Assembly (NCBI RefSeq): GCF_009914755.1
Contig: NC_060929.1
Direction: 5' to 3' (one strand)
From: the human T2T-CHM13v2.0 reference genome, Homo sapiens
Length of the DNA: 64,000 nt
Shown here: positions 27,144 through 42,799 of the stretch, piece after piece
Layout: each line of letters opens with the position of its first letter
How positions within the stretch are numbered: position 1 is the stretch's first letter
Made by a program: the position numbers and the translations under genes
Notes under the pieces: model-generated
The model's database searches: none
Seen by the model: only the letters and a program-made list of their open reading frames with translations
Told to the model about the DNA's origin: nothing

Positions 27144-28243
27144 TATTTAGATTCTTAATGAATTATAATTTACATGTGTGTTCTCTGTTTCCCTAAGGAG
27201 ATGTAAAAGCAGGAACCTGGTTTTATTTTTCCTCCTCAACAGCAATTCCCTCCCCGGCAAACAAGCAGACACATCCCTGATCCTGGCGCATCTCTTTCCA
27301 TAATATGCATTGAACGTACTGGCTGATGGACTGCGTTTACTTAAATTTCACCTTGATTGGTCATACAGATGGGAGTGGAGGAGATGATTTTCTTAGCTCC
27401 TTTGTTGACCTGCAGTTGTGATTTAAGCACTTGCCAATAGAATATCTATTTCATTGCAAATGGGCTGTGATGCATTCCAGTGGGCTGAGCCTCGGAGGCT
27501 GGAGAGAGCACCAGGCCCCTCTTCAACAGGATGTGGGAACTTGACTCTCGCCGCAAATTAAGTTCTTGGGGCGGGAGCCCTTTGCTGCAGGCTCTGGGCG
27601 AAGGCATGGGTAGGAGGACCTGGTGGCGGAAGCAGCGGTGGTAGCCCTGATTGTGACAACCCCTGTATGTTTTTCAGTAACTTGTGAAGGTGGAGGTGGA
27701 ACTGCAACAACCCCAGCGATGCCCTGTCTGCTATGGCCTTGCATTGTGAGGTGTCATGTGGAAGGAAACACCTGACTTAAATGGGGACTTTCTGGGTGGT
27801 GTGTGTGCCCCGCCAGGTCCCCTCGGACCTTGGCAGAAAAACCACCACAGATATCGCTGTGCATTATCTCCTGGTCTGGTGTTATTCCGAGCACTGATGA
27901 TCCGGATCCTTCTCCTGTTTCTACTGTGTTCTCTCTTCCAGAGTGAATTAGAGCAGAAGAAGCAAGATAGCCTAGCAAGTAGTAAAGCTTTGATGGTGAT
28001 GGTCCACCTCCCAAATGCTGGCGCCTTGTATTCTCTATAAGGCATGTGCATCAGTTGGATTTTTGTGTACCCCCTGTTTTTAGAATCAGGAGCGGGACAA
28101 TCATCATCATTCTACAAATTCGAACCTTCAACGTTCTTTTCCTGGTTATCCTACAAAATAGCTCCTGTACAAATAGTTTTGACTTTGCCATGGCCTCTGA
28201 GGGCTTAAGCATAAATGGATAAGGAAGTTAAATACGACTTTCT

Positions 28244-28362
28244 AGCCAGGCATGATAGTGCATTCCTGTGGTCCTAGCTACTCAGGAGGCTGATGTGGGA
28301 AGACCGCTTGAGCCCAAGGGTTTGAGTTCATCCTAAGCAACGTGGCGAGAGCCTGTCTCTAG
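28244..28362 (+). mobile_element. Free Alu monomer (FLAM-like)
   Basis: Single ~120-bp monomer with diverged TSD (tacgactttcta / tatgagtttcta). Confidence 0.75.
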
Positions 28363-28804
28363 TATAAATACATACATATAAATATATATGAGTTTCTATG
28401 TGTTTCTGAGGTTTGTTTTGCTATATGTTTTTGAGTTCTTGATGTGGATAGAATGGCGATAGGATGTAGAGAATATAGAGTGAGATGTAGATAGTACAGA
28501 ACAACAAATGGTCCTAAAACCACTTATTTTTCTTATTCTATTTTACAATTTTTTATAGCAAATTTAACTTACATTTGTTTAGGATAATTCACTCAGCCTG
28601 CATGACCTGAAAATACCAAATTAGAAAACAGTTTTTCAGGAATTTACATTTTGACTAACGAACTTGTAGATAATTGAAAAATGTTTTCATAGATATCTTA
28701 TTAGTGGCTTATTTGGTTCTTAGGCTAATAGTTGATGTACACTTCATAATACAATATAAGTTCTTTCATTTTTTCTGTTCCTCCAACCTCAAAGAGAGAC
28801 CTAA

Positions 28805-29121
<317 letters not shown>

Positions 29122-29532
29122 TATTTCTTATGGTTGTTCTATTTTCATGTACACCCCAACAAAAACTTTATTTTGCTAAGGACATTTGAAGTCTGAAATA
29201 AAAATCCTTGATGTCTGGGAAAGATACTGTTTGTCAAGCGAAAAATAGAAATGTTATGCTTTATTTTTTCCCTCAGCCTTCGTGTCACTCCCAACAAACA
29301 CGAAAACATAGACAGACACAGACACACGCTCCTGGGTGGTAAATTTCTTTTCTACACTCAACATGATGTTAGAAACTGAAAGCTTATTGTCTACATGGAG
29401 TGAAGTGGGGGTGGAGGAATGAGGCTATCTGTGGGGTTTTCTAGAGACTTCCTTCCCAGCATGTGAAAAGATCTGTGTGAAAACTGCTAAGAAGAGGAAG
29501 AACTCAACGAGCTAACCAAGACAGGTGGCAGC

Positions 29533-29864
<332 letters not shown>

Positions 29865-31674
29865 CTAGTCAATGAGAGATCCAGAGTTCGATTTGAGGAA
29901 AGTGAAAGCTATACATTAGAAATGGAAAGCTATGGAAGATTCCACAAAGAGAAATAGATAATATTTTGAAACCTTACTCTAAGGAATATGACAATGTGGG
30001 ATATCCTCCATGCCCTCAACCCTCCCCCTTGTTCCCATTCCATTTCTTCTCCTTTAGAGCTTTGAAGAAAACGCATTTGGTATTTAGTAATCAGGATTAA
30101 ACAATATAAGCACATCACACCTCTTAGCTCACTTTTTCTGATAACTGCACAGAAACAAGACTCTGTCATAAGATGAGCATCTTTTCTCACCTTTGTTATA
30201 ATGGTGCTCTTCACTTTGGGTTGCGCTTTTTCTCATTAAAATTGTGATGTTTTCAATTTCAAGTTTTCCATGGTGTTCACCCTGCTCTTAGCACTCAGCC
30301 ACTCTCTTTTCCCAGGCACGCTTCTCTTTCCAAAGCACTTCATGGCTTCAGCTGCTCTGGGCTCTCACTTGTCCATTCATTCATGGATTCATTCATTTTC
30401 TTCTGAGTGTTCTAGAGACTCCTTGCTTATGTGCTAAATCTAGTGTGTGGCACTTTTCCATGATCTAGATTAACATCTGTGCTTTACTAAAAGTGCTTTT
30501 CTTGGCGAACAAATCACCTTTACACGCCCCCTGCCAAAAAAAAAAAAACCCAACTCTACATATACTCATATAATTATCAAGAAATTCTAGAGTTTAGTAG
30601 TTTATACCCATTCCTAATTTCATTATTAAACTAATAATCACATTTTAAAACAACATTTCACATATAATATCTCATTTGATCCTCCCAAAGCCCAATTAGT
30701 TTTTAGTGTTATTAATATATAACCTTAAACTGAGTCACCTAAGCTTTAGCAAGTGGTAGGATGAGAACCAAACCCAGGTTCTGATTCTAAATTCTGTGCT
30801 CACCCTATATGCCATAGGAACCAGAGTTTTCATTGTCTTTGTCATATAGTTACTAGTTTAAGTTCTCAGCTCACACACAAAACTTTTTAGCAGTTTCTTA
30901 TTCTAATCCAAAATGTTTTCCACCTAACTCTAGAAATTGACCTCCTGTCCAAGAATCCCTTGTCATTGCAAGGGATGTGATAACATTTGTCCTACTTATG
31001 GTTGTGATCCTGGCAGATCTGAGATGAGCAAGGAAACAGAGCAAGGCATGGGGTTTATAGGGCTCAAGGCCAAAACATCCTGATTGACTTTGCAACATCG
31101 TGGGCAATCTGAAAGGGGAAACAACTAAGAGAAGACAAACAATTCCGTTTGTTTGAAAAAACATTTAGTCTCTGTGTGTGTGTTGGTGTGGGGGTGAGGT
31201 GTTTAGGTAGATGACTATATTAGGGCTTTTTTAGCCCAACCCTGGCTCCAAACAGCTGCCCCTTAGAGTTGGTTACATGAACCATCTAACTGGTAGTTTA
31301 GGGGCCCAGGACACCATTCTGGTTCATTCATTGTCTGCCTGAGATGGTGATTATCGTTCATTTGGCTGCAGCCTCAAACTTATTACCAGGGGTGGTTGAA
31401 GAGGGGCATAAACAGATACTACGGGAGAAAGAAGTTATAATTTGGGAAGTCCCATGGCAAAAATCAGATTGATAACAATGCATTTATATATAACAACTTC
31501 GTCTGAATGAAAAAGTGAAAAAAGTGTTAACATCTTTCGTTAGTTCAAAGAACAACAAAAAATGAAACACACCAAAACCCTTTCCTGTGTTATGCTTTTC
31601 TACATACTAAATGGTTTTCAAAAGAAAGTACCACAGAGAGAGTCATCTATTATTTCTAGACAGAATTTTCTTTT

Positions 31675-32730
<1,056 letters not shown>

Positions 32731-33299
32731 AAGAATGTTAAAAAAGGTGTTTGAAGAATTATAAATTTAAATTAAATGTAACAGTGGATCAATGTCAAAC
32801 ATCTAATATGAATAAAATAATAAAAAATCCATTTGAGAAATATAAACACAACTCTCACTGACTACTTTTTTTTTGACTGATAGGGTAAATAAAAATATTT
32901 TGAGTGGTTTTCATTGCGATGACGATGGGGAAATGATGAGAAGCACATTGTGTGGTAGGATCACCCTGGGGGAAGTTTTTTTAAAGCAGCACTTGCTGTG
33001 TGGTCCAACCCACCCTGCTGTGCTCCTCTCAGGGATCTTTGGGGAGACTCACCAGCCCAGCCAGCCAGGGGTGCAAGGGGGAGGGTGTGGCATCCTGTGG
33101 TGTATTCAGAAGCAAACATTATTAAAAACCAGTGGAATCCTGGATCTGTCTTATCCTCACATTTTTCTTGATCAATTACTACCAAAAGAGTGGCAGAAAT
33201 TCAGTGGCAAGGATTGGGGCACCTTTTGGTGGAGGTACCCTGATTTAGCACGAGTGAATGGGATTGGAATGCAGATGTTGGTTGCTTGTCTATAAATTA

Positions 33300-33735
33300 T
33301 GCCCATGTATATGCCAAAAAGATACGCCCATGTATCAGAACCTGTGAATGTGACCTTATTTGGAAAAAAGGTCTTTGCAGGTGTAATTAAGGATCATGCA
33401 ACGGAATCATTCTGGGTTATGTAGGTAGCACTACATCCAATGACAAGTGTCCTTATAAGATAGAGAAGAAGAGAGAGCAGAAGAGGAGAGGGCCATTTTA
33501 CAAGAGAGGTAGAGGTTTTAGTGATGCAACCACAAGCCATGGAATCCCTGGAACCACCAGAAGCTGGAAGAGGCCAGAAACGAATCCTCCCCTAGAGCCT
33601 CCAGAGGGAACATGGTTCTACTGACACCTTGAGTTTAGACTTCTGGCCTCCAAAACTGAGGGAGAATAGATTTCTGTTGTTGTAAGCTGCCTAGTTTGTG
33701 GTACTTTGTTACAGAAACCACAGGAAAATAATACA
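33300..33735 (+). mobile_element. MLT1 (MaLR) solo LTR, MLT1C-like
   Basis: gaacctgtgaatgtgaccttatttggaaa...ccagaagctggaagagg...aataataca. Confidence 0.8.
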
Positions 33736-33914
33736 TGCCCTTACAAAACTCCCAAATTAAACTTTTTTCGTGTGTGTGTATAATACGATTTTTAATATTG
33801 CATATATTTATATTAGCATATATTAGAAATCTCTAATATAAAAATAGTGGTATGCATGTTGTTAAAATTCTACCCGCAGCTCCCTCCTTTGTTCACTCTT
33901 TTGTTTATTTGTTT

Positions 33915-34122
33915 TTAAATTTTATTTTAAGTTCTTTCTGGGATACATGTGCGGGATGTGCAGGTTTGTTACACAGGTAAATGCATGCCATGGTGGCTTA
34001 CTGCACCTCTCAACCCATCACCTAGGTATCAGGCCCCACATGCATTAGCTATTTATCATGATGCTCTCTCTCCCCCTGCCCTGCAACAGGCCCCAGTGTG
34101 TGTCGTTCCCCTCCCTGTGTTT
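33915..34122 (-). mobile_element. L1PA 3'UTR fragment
   Basis: gatacatgtgcgggatgtgcaggtttgttacacaggtaa. Confidence 0.85.
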
Positions 34123-35019
34123 GTGCTGGATTTCTATAAATATCCAACAGTCTATGTGGATGAAGTTTAGGAAGAAGGGAAGAAAGACTGTTTCATGATT
34201 ATTTTTTGCTGCACCACCATTTGTTGCCATATTAGAGGTGACATCCCAGCTGGGATTATCCCTGGCTTGGAAAGACTGAGTTAGGCATTGGTCACAGGCA
34301 GCATGTGAATTTGGTGGCATTTCACCTGCACTTAGAAGCAAAGTCATCCACTGCTCTGACCAACTCACAAGGCGCAGGCTGCAGCAACGTGATTAACAAG
34401 GTTATGTATTGAATTTATATAGCTAAATGATTTTCCTGGTTTCTTATCTGTTTAGAGAGGCTGATTAGCAGAGGTAGAAAAACAAGACAACCACTGAGCT
34501 TTCCAAATTTATCAGAGAAACCCCAGACCAGCTTCTGATGGGGAAATATTCCTTGACTTCCAGAGCTTCCCACTGGATTTTCATTCCTGCCCAAAGACAT
34601 TCTTGGTTTATTCCTAGTGACCAATAGAGAGCATTCCAACAATCACTTCTTATCAGTCAGCAACTATATAATAAACACCTGGGACATGCTTGGCCCTGGG
34701 CTTTGGTAAAAAGAAAGGAGACAAATGGGCCTTAAAGGTAGAACAATTTCAATTAGAAGCCTGTACAAGGTTTAGAACACAACGTTTGAGAAAGGAAAAA
34801 ATCCTTAAACATTAGCGAACCAAGGTCCTTCATTTTACAAAAAAGAAACTGCGTAAGGGATCTGTCCAGGTTCACACAGTTGGGCTAAAATCTGGGTCTC
34901 TCCCTTGCTCATCCTCTGAGCTTTCCACTGCGCTATGCTGTCTGACCTGTGGGGTGCCAGCTTCTGCAGCAGCTTGCTCTTAAAAAACAGTCACAACAAG
35001 AACAGAGGGCAACCCCGAT

Positions 35020-35225
35020 TGCCTTCTGGGCCAGGTGCTGTGCTAGGAGCTTTTCAGGGATCACCTCAAAACAGGTCAATGGAGACGTTACTGTTATCCC
35101 CATTTGACAGATAAAGAAACTGAGTCATGGAACCATTTAGGAACTCACCCAAGGCCCACAGCTGGTGCGTGGCAGAGACCACCTTCAAGCTCAGGATCTT
35201 GATTCTGGAGTCACAGTCTTAACCG
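35020..35225 (-). mobile_element. MIR
   Basis: ttatccccatttgacagataaagaaactgag. Confidence 0.7.
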
Positions 35226-36104
35226 CAACCCCTGGAACCACAGCCCAAACCCGCCAGCGAGCCACGGTTCACTCTCTTCACTTTCTTGTTTTTAGAAATG
35301 TTCCTGTAGAGCAGCCTCTAGTAACACCTCAGACAAATGAAATATCATTTCTACATCCCTGATCTCTCTCTCTTGTTAACGTATTGTGTAAATGGTGGAA
35401 AATGTGGTTTTTAAAGCACATTGAGGCTGGTAAAAGCTTCAAAGCCACCGCCTGCACTTACTCTTTAGACCACTAGATGTCAGTGTGATTGCTCTATGAA
35501 GCAGCCGTAACTTGGCAAGGTGCAGCATTGCACCAGAAATCAGCTGCTGCGAGCTTCCAAGCCTCTGGACTCCAGCAGAAGCTGGGGGGAATTTGAAGCC
35601 CAATGGTAGTAAACAAATAATGGACATGACAGTCAGGCAGTGTGGATTTCAACCTTTACAATAATTTCTCAAGGGAAATGGAAACCTTTTTAGCCTTTCC
35701 TTTTTGAAACGGATGGTCAACTTTTCCACGGGGTGCCTTAAGTGCACCATAACGCCTTTGATATTCAGGATCGCCTTTAATGGTACATCATAAAACATGT
35801 GGTTTTATTGGAAAGAGCACCCTTATCCTCCTCCCCCTCACCTATCACTTATGATTAATTTCTTAAGGTATCGGACTATTTGAAGTGTGTGTATCTCACA
35901 TTGCATGGGGACGTTTTACTCTACCTAAAACCTCCGGTGGCATTCCCATAGCATGGGCAGAAAATCACAGCCACAACTTCACCCTTCCGGTGATAAGCCC
36001 ATCTGTTTCCCACGCAGAATTATTTGTATTTAATGAAAAAATATTTAAAATGGTGAATATTAATTATTATTTTACATTAGTACTCAAAAAGTGTATATAG
36101 TTTT

Positions 36105-36235
36105 ATCCCCTCAACAACTCCATGAGATGAGTTCTATTATTATCCCCATGTTTAGATGAGAAAACTGAGACACAGAGAGGTTAAGTGGCTCTCCCAAAGT
36201 CACACAGCTAATAGAAGGCAGAGTCAGAGGCCCAT
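36105..36235 (-). mobile_element. MIR
   Basis: attatccccatgtttagatgagaaaactgagacacagagaggttaagt. Confidence 0.8.
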
Positions 36236-36849
36236 TTCTATTAATTACTTCCCTGCAAATCAAGTTAAATGGGGGGAAAAGACCTTGTGAATTTTTCAGA
36301 AGAATCAGCAATGTATACAAGACAGCCAAAGGCTCCGAGGAAAATTTGGAGTTGCTGGTTGCTTTGAAAGGCCTCCTTGGCTGATCTGCAGCTGTTTGTC
36401 ATCATTTATCCAGTTTGCCAGGATTCCTTCTGAGAAGGCATAATTCATGGCAGTATAGTCCCTTTCTTTAGTCTATGTAGAAATCTCATGTGAATCCTCA
36501 CCTCCTGCCAGGTTTGGAGGAAATTGAAAGTTACTCTTTCTCATCAAAAGGATGGACACATATTTGTTAGGAACCAGGATGAAATAAACCATCTGTGCCC
36601 AGCTCTGTTGGCAATAAAACCTTGTTTCTGGTTTCACTGCAAGACGTTATTTAACGCTAGTGGCACCAGAGGTTCCAACAAGAACACATGAGAGGCCTTA
36701 TCCAGTTACGAAAGAGCAAGTGACAGACACGTTCCCGGCCACATTTTTATCTGCTTATCATCCTTTTGGCTACCATGAGGCTGAGTTTTAGTGTCTCCTG
36801 TTCATCTCTTTTGCTATTTTCCAACAGAACATGCGTTTCCTTCAGTTAT

Positions 36850-37350
36850 TCAGCTAGCACAGTCTGTGCTGCCAGAATTTGGAAGTGGTGCTTTTTTCCT
36901 GCTATAAAAAATTACACATTTATTTGAAAGAAGAAACCTAGGCATAGCTGTTACCTGACTCCTGCAGAAGAAGGCGGAAGGATGGCCTCCTTTAGTGGAT
37001 CTTCCTGGGCCAGGGTCTGGGCCCTACTCACTTCTAGCTGTCGCATCTGCTCTGCATGTGGAACTCAAGAACTGCGGAGCTTTCTGATGCCTGGCAGGGT
37101 TTTGTCCCGGTCAGTGGTTGAGTGAGCCACACCTCCCTCCCCTGACCAGGCAAACTTAGACAAGAAAAGTTCTATTATGCCCTCAGGATATTGAGTAATA
37201 AGGAGGAGAAAGGGGAACTTAAAAGTGTCTGTTCAGCCTGGATACTTCTGCTAACATTCCCACCAAGCATGTGATATTTAAAAGGGTAAAACCAAAACAA
37301 GATTCTCCTGCCTGCCACCATGTTTATTCAAGAGGAAGAAGCTGTAAGTT
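36850..37350 (-). promoter_or_regulatory. Putative TATA-less, non-CpG-island FYB1 promoter region
   Basis: Surrounds exon 1. ETS cores (GGAAGTGG 36881, GGCGGAAG 36973, CTTCCTG 37001, GAGGAAG 37332) and RUNX-like GCCACA at ~37126. Confidence 0.55.
36955..37080 (-). other. FYB1: FYB1 non-coding exon 1; TSS position approximate
   Basis: Donor CAG|GTAACA at 36955/36954. The spliced join ...CTGCAGGAGTCAG-GATGGAAAGG matches my recollection of the FYB1 5'UTR. Non-repetitive and locally GC-richer. Confidence 0.75.
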
Positions 37351-37638
37351 CTTTGGACCCATAATCTTTCCACACACCCAGGAGTGTCACCTGCAATGGG
37401 GGCCAAAGGGGGATGCTTACAATTAGAAAGGTCCACTGGAGCATGTGGAATATTTGGAAGCTAATTGCACCTGAGGTCAGGAGGTAAAGTGGTGTGCTTG
37501 ACCATATCAACTGAAGAGTGGTCACTCATGTGTGGAAAGCCCACTAGACTCACTCTGTCGGCTCTCTGTTAGACTATTCTTGAGGCTGGAAGAAATGGAG
37601 TATTTAGATGATAATCCATGTGAAAAGACCACCAGTGG

Positions 37639-38040
37639 GGCTGAGTGTAGTGGGTCATGCCTGTAATCCCGGTACTTTGGAAGGCTGAGGCAGGAGGATT
37701 GCTTGAGACCAGGAGTTCAAGACCAGTCTTGACAACATGGTGAGACCCTGTCTCTACAAAAATAAAAAAAAAATTAGCCAAGTGTGATGGTGCATGCCTG
37801 TAGCCCCAGACATTTGGGAAGCTGAGGTGGGAGGATTTCTTGAGCACAGGAGTTCAAGGCTTCAGTGAGCTATGATTGCACCACCATTGCACTCCAGCCT
37901 GGGTAACAGAGCAAGATCCTGTCTGAAGGAAAAAAAAAAAAGAAGAAAGAAAGAAAGAAAAATAAAGAGAAGGAAAGAAAGAAAGAAACTCAAAAAAGAA
38001 AAGAGAAAAAAAGAAAAGAAAAGACAAGAAAAGAAAAGAA
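37639..38040 (+). mobile_element. AluJ with long (GAAA)n-rich tail
   Basis: Dimer to ~37940, purine tail to ~38040. Confidence 0.92.
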
Positions 38041-38294
38041 ACCCCCCAAAACAGAGGCTACCATTGGGACTAAATGAGATTTTAACAAATTGTGATTGTG
38101 AAATTAACCTCCCCCACCTTCCTTCTACTCATTCATTCATAAACATCAAACACTTACTGTGTGGGTCAAGCACTGGCCAAGACTAGAAAGATGGAGAAGA
38201 CAAGGATTTTCCACTCAGTGGCTTATAATCTTACAGACGTTATGCCAGAGATGGTCACTTTCCTCCCCGTATGATTTTCCCTTCTTATAGAGTA

Positions 38295-38522
38295 GTAGGG
38301 TCAGCAAACTATGGCCCGCATGCCAAATCTGGCCTGTGGAATGTTTTGTACAGACCTCAGGCTAAGAATTTACATTTTTTAAGAATTGTAAGAAAAGGGA
38401 GAAGAAGCAAAAGAAGACAATGATGGTAACAATGATGATGACAACAATGATGATGACATGGCTGAGACCGTATATGGCCTGAAATATTTACTATCTAGTC
38501 CTCTGCAGAAAAAGTTTGCCAA
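38295..38522. mobile_element. MER58-type hAT MITE
   Basis: agggtcagcaaactatggccc...gaaaaagtttgcc. Confidence 0.75.
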
Positions 38523-39227
38523 AAGTTTAGGATGCTTATTCTATCCTAAGAGATCTCTGGCTTTTTACCTGGCCCACAGCTACACAGGATAAGGCATTTT
38601 CTAGTCCCTCTTGACATTAGATTTGGCCATGTGGTTAAGTTTTAGTCAATGGGATCTATGCAGAAGGGATCTATGTAGCTTCTTGGTGTGTCCTAAAAGA
38701 GGGCCCCATCATGCTTTCCCCTCCCAGCTGGCTGGGATGCTGTGGGGGCCTGAGCTCTTCTGATCCAGTGATGACTAAGGTAATACTCTAGGCATGACAG
38801 AGCCAGGAGATAGAAGGACCTGGCCCCCAACACAGGAGACAACCCCATCTTCACTGGATTTTGCTAGATGGTTATAAAGAAGGGAACAGGAGGACAGACA
38901 TTTAACTTTTAAAAATCAGTGTTATGTTGTGTCTCTTTTGCTGCAACCAAACATGTATTATAACCACTATAGAGATAGACACTGTATAACTAACCATGAC
39001 ACACTGTGATGAGTATTAAGCTCAAAGTATGAATAAAGGCATCTGGAAATACCCAGGAATATGTAATTCCTTCTGCATGGGGGCAGAAGAGTTGAGGAAG
39101 ACTTTACCTAACATGGGACAGTTGATCTTGGGCCATGAAGGAAGCCTAACTGGAATTTGGGATTACTTGTTTTTCTTCTCCTCTCTGCCAACCTCTCTCA
39201 GATGGCCAAAACAAAATAAAATAATCC

Positions 39228-39570
39228 ACTGGGTGAGGTGGCTCACGCCTATAATCCCAGCACTTTGGGAGGCCTAGGAGGGTAGGTCACCTGAGGTCAG
39301 GAGTTCGAGACTAGCTTGGCCAGCATGGTGAAACCCTGTTTCTACTAAAAAATCCAAAAATTAGCTGGGCGTGGTGGTGGTGCATACCTGTAATTCCAGC
39401 TACTCAGGAGGCTGAGGCAGGAGAATTGCTGGAACAAAGGAGGCGGAGGTTGCAGTGAGCTGAGATTGCACCATTGCACTCCAGCCCGGGCCAACAAGAG
39501 CAAGACTCTGTCTCAAAAATAAAATAAAATAAAATAAAGTAAAATAAAATAAAATAAAATAAAATGAAAT
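39228..39570 (+). mobile_element. AluS with (TAAAA)n tail
   Basis: TSD aaataatcc. Confidence 0.95.
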
Positions 39571-40439
39571 AATCCTCCAAAAGCAAGCAACACGCCCTGT
39601 CTTCATGGAATGTACTGCCCCCTCTCCTTTTTCACCTGGCTAACTCCTGCTTATGCTCCAAAACCCAGTGTAGATATGATCTCCTTTTGAACTTTGTCCC
39701 ACAAGACTGGGTAAGGCCTTCTGAGCTCTGGCGTCTTGTACTCTCTCTTAGTTGTTGGAGATATGTCTGTGTTTCTCACTAGATCATGAGTTCCTTAAGG
39801 GTTGGCGGTAACTGTGGCTTATTTGTCCTGGATTTCCAGCTTGTAGTACATTGCCAGGCATACAGAAGGCACTTTATAAACATTAATTAATGTATTAGAG
39901 GCCAAGGGCAGCTTCCTGGTTTGTGGGACTCTTGCTCTTTTTTAATGCATTTGTCCCACTAAAGGGAAGGTGAGCCCAGCAATTTATATCTCTCAGCCTC
40001 TGTGTCCTAAAAGTATATACATTTTTAAAAGTTTGCTTTCCAAAAAGGCAGAAAAGAAATGTACACATTTAGAAAGTTTTAGTTTAAAAAACTGAAAGTT
40101 TCATTTGTTATGAATGGTCTCTATGCTTAGTAGTGTCTGAAAGGTTTGAAGATTTAATAAAAACAACTAAAATGCTATGAGGTGAGTTTAGTAACATGAT
40201 GGTATGTTTCCGAAATAAGCGGAAGTATAGATACTTGCTCAAATTTATCTTATTTTGAGCTTTTCTTATTATTACATAATAATAAACACCCATTTTTCTA
40301 TTTTTATAAAATCTTTGCTCACAAAGGAAAATTTGTGCAGTAATATTATTTGATTACAACAAGATGATGATGCTGATAATTACATTTGATTCTCCCCTTG
40401 TCACTCTGTGTTATGTGTCTTATAATCAATAAAAGAGGG

Positions 40440-40670
40440 AGAGGAACAACAAACACTGAGGCCTGTTGGGGGAGGGCAATGGAGGGGAGAGCATCAGGAA
40501 AAATAGCTAATGCATGCCAGGCTTAATACCCAGGTGATGGGTTGATAAGTACAGCAAACCACCATGGCACACGTTAACCTATGTAACACACCTGCACATC
40601 CTGCACATGTACCCTGGAACTTAAAATAAAATAAAATAAAATTTAAAAATAAAAAATAAAAAAATAAAAG
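40440..40670 (+). mobile_element. L1PA 3'UTR fragment
   Basis: gcaaaccaccatggcacacgttaacctatgtaac followed by A-rich tail. Confidence 0.88.
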
Positions 40671-42799
40671 CAAAAGCATTGCTTTTCATGCAAACCTATT
40701 TTACTACATGCTTTGGCTACAGGCAACCAATTTTCTGAACTGGAGAATTAATGTAAGACTTTTAAGACACCGTATAGTAGTAGTATTTTCCCCTATCATT
40801 TAGAGGAAAATATAAAAATATGAGGAGCATATTTTCCTTTATGTATAGTCCTCCTTGAGATGGTGTTGACAGAAGGTGAAGTTGAAAAGAATTACTTGCA
40901 TTATGTTTCTAAAGGAAACCAGTAATGTAATATTAAGTTATTATTTGAATATGAAGTTTTCATTATTTTTGTGGCTATTCACTAAAGGCCTTCATAAATT
41001 ACAGGGAAACCTGAGCAATTAAATTTAAAAAAATCATTCAAATGCTTCTTAAATAAAGTTTTTGGTCTTAACATCTGCTACAGAATCAAGCTAACACCTC
41101 AGTGCTTCTGGATATTTATTAAATGTTTAGGGCTTCCATTCCCCCATGCAAGAGTAATTCTAAGCAAATGATGAATGTCTCAATGAGTAGCTCATTCTTT
41201 GTGGACGTAAAAACTAGGTTTCCACTTCTCTATCTGGTGCAGCTCTGTTGTGCAATACAAGGAGATAAAACCCTAGGTAAGAGAATTAGAGTGGGGGTGG
41301 GTGTAGTAGAGATGGAGAAGGTCAGCTTATTCTCAACTCACTACTCCCAGTATCAAATATCCATTTCAGATATAAGAATTTCTGTCTTTATACCCCAGCC
41401 CAAATTTTCTACTGTCCCTATCTCATCCCACACTCCCCTCTTCTCCAGGTGGAGAAACCCTATCCTGTGCTGTCTGCTCAGTATAATGATGACTTTGAGG
41501 TGTCAGCCTGTTCATGCCTATCACTTGTCAATGTGCTTGCTTCTCTGTCCTCTAAATTAAATACTGTACTTATTGTTGTACTTACTAGCAATTATATTTT
41601 TCCACAATTAAAAAAATGATGAAGTTAATATTCTCAAAGGAGTAAATAACACGAAACCGATGGCCATTCCAGCCATCTTTCAAGGAAAGGTGATCTGGTT
41701 CTGGTGGCCAAGCCAGCTCTGCTGTGCCAGATAAAAGCCTCCAGTGACTTACTCAGAAAACAAATCATGAATGTGTTTGAAAGTGAAATGATTTGGCCTC
41801 CAGTCAGCCTTTAGCACAGTCCTGACGGTTTCCCTTACTACAGGGATTAAGCGTCCTGTGAAAACAGATGGGGGAGGGCTGCCACCTTCTGCTTGCTCAC
41901 CCAGGGAGTGGCCTCCCAAGCTTCGCCACTGCTCCAGACAGCAGCAGATGAAGCTCTGAGGAGTCCACGCCTTTCTGGAAGCTTGTTGTTGCCCTGCCAA
42001 CATATATTGACTTGTCAAGAGCTCTGTCTTTAAGCCAATCACATCCTGATCACAGTTCATTAAAGGTGTGTATTCCTCTAGAGAGCTCATTGTCTGTTGT
42101 CAGAAATCACTCAGTGCCCAAACACATTAGGATGAGAATGGACTGTGTAGGAGAGAAGAAAAGAAATGGGTTCTGCTTATTTTCTTTGACTTTAACAGCT
42201 ACTTCCCCTTACTCAACTCAACACTCATGTACACATATCAGAGAAGCATTACGATCTGCAAGCTGCAGGACTGGCTCCTATTTAATGTGTAAAAAGTGGC
42301 TTTTCTCTACTTTCCTCTCCCTAAATCCTTCTAACTTCAACCTCTTTCCTCTAACCTGCTCATTCTTCCTGCTTTCTTCCAAGTAGGAAACTACTTGGTT
42401 AACATCAGAGATTTTTCCACCTCCAAGCTTCTAAAATTCTAGAAATGCATTTATATTACGGAAAGTTATAAGGGACTTGAATACCTTCCAGAGGTTTTTG
42501 CTACATGGGGTTTTATTAGTGGACAAAACCTTATAAAAGATGTCAGCAATCTTTAAGAAGCAGAGGTATGAGAACAGTGTCTGCTTCCCCACTTCGCATC
42601 CTTTAGTCTCTTCCTGATTTTCTGCCATGCAGAAGAGTGGTCACTGAAGATTTTTGGTTTTGTATAGCTAGCAGTAAAATATATTTGAGTAAGCACTGCA
42701 AAAATGTGAATATTTATTAATGAACCCATATATATACATGTATGTATATATGTGTGTATGGTGTGTATGTGTCTGTTACAACATTTTAATTGACAGAGC

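Noticed and set aside
37872-38186. Lys/Arg-rich 104-aa ORF
   Set aside because: Translation of an Alu end and its GAAA tail.
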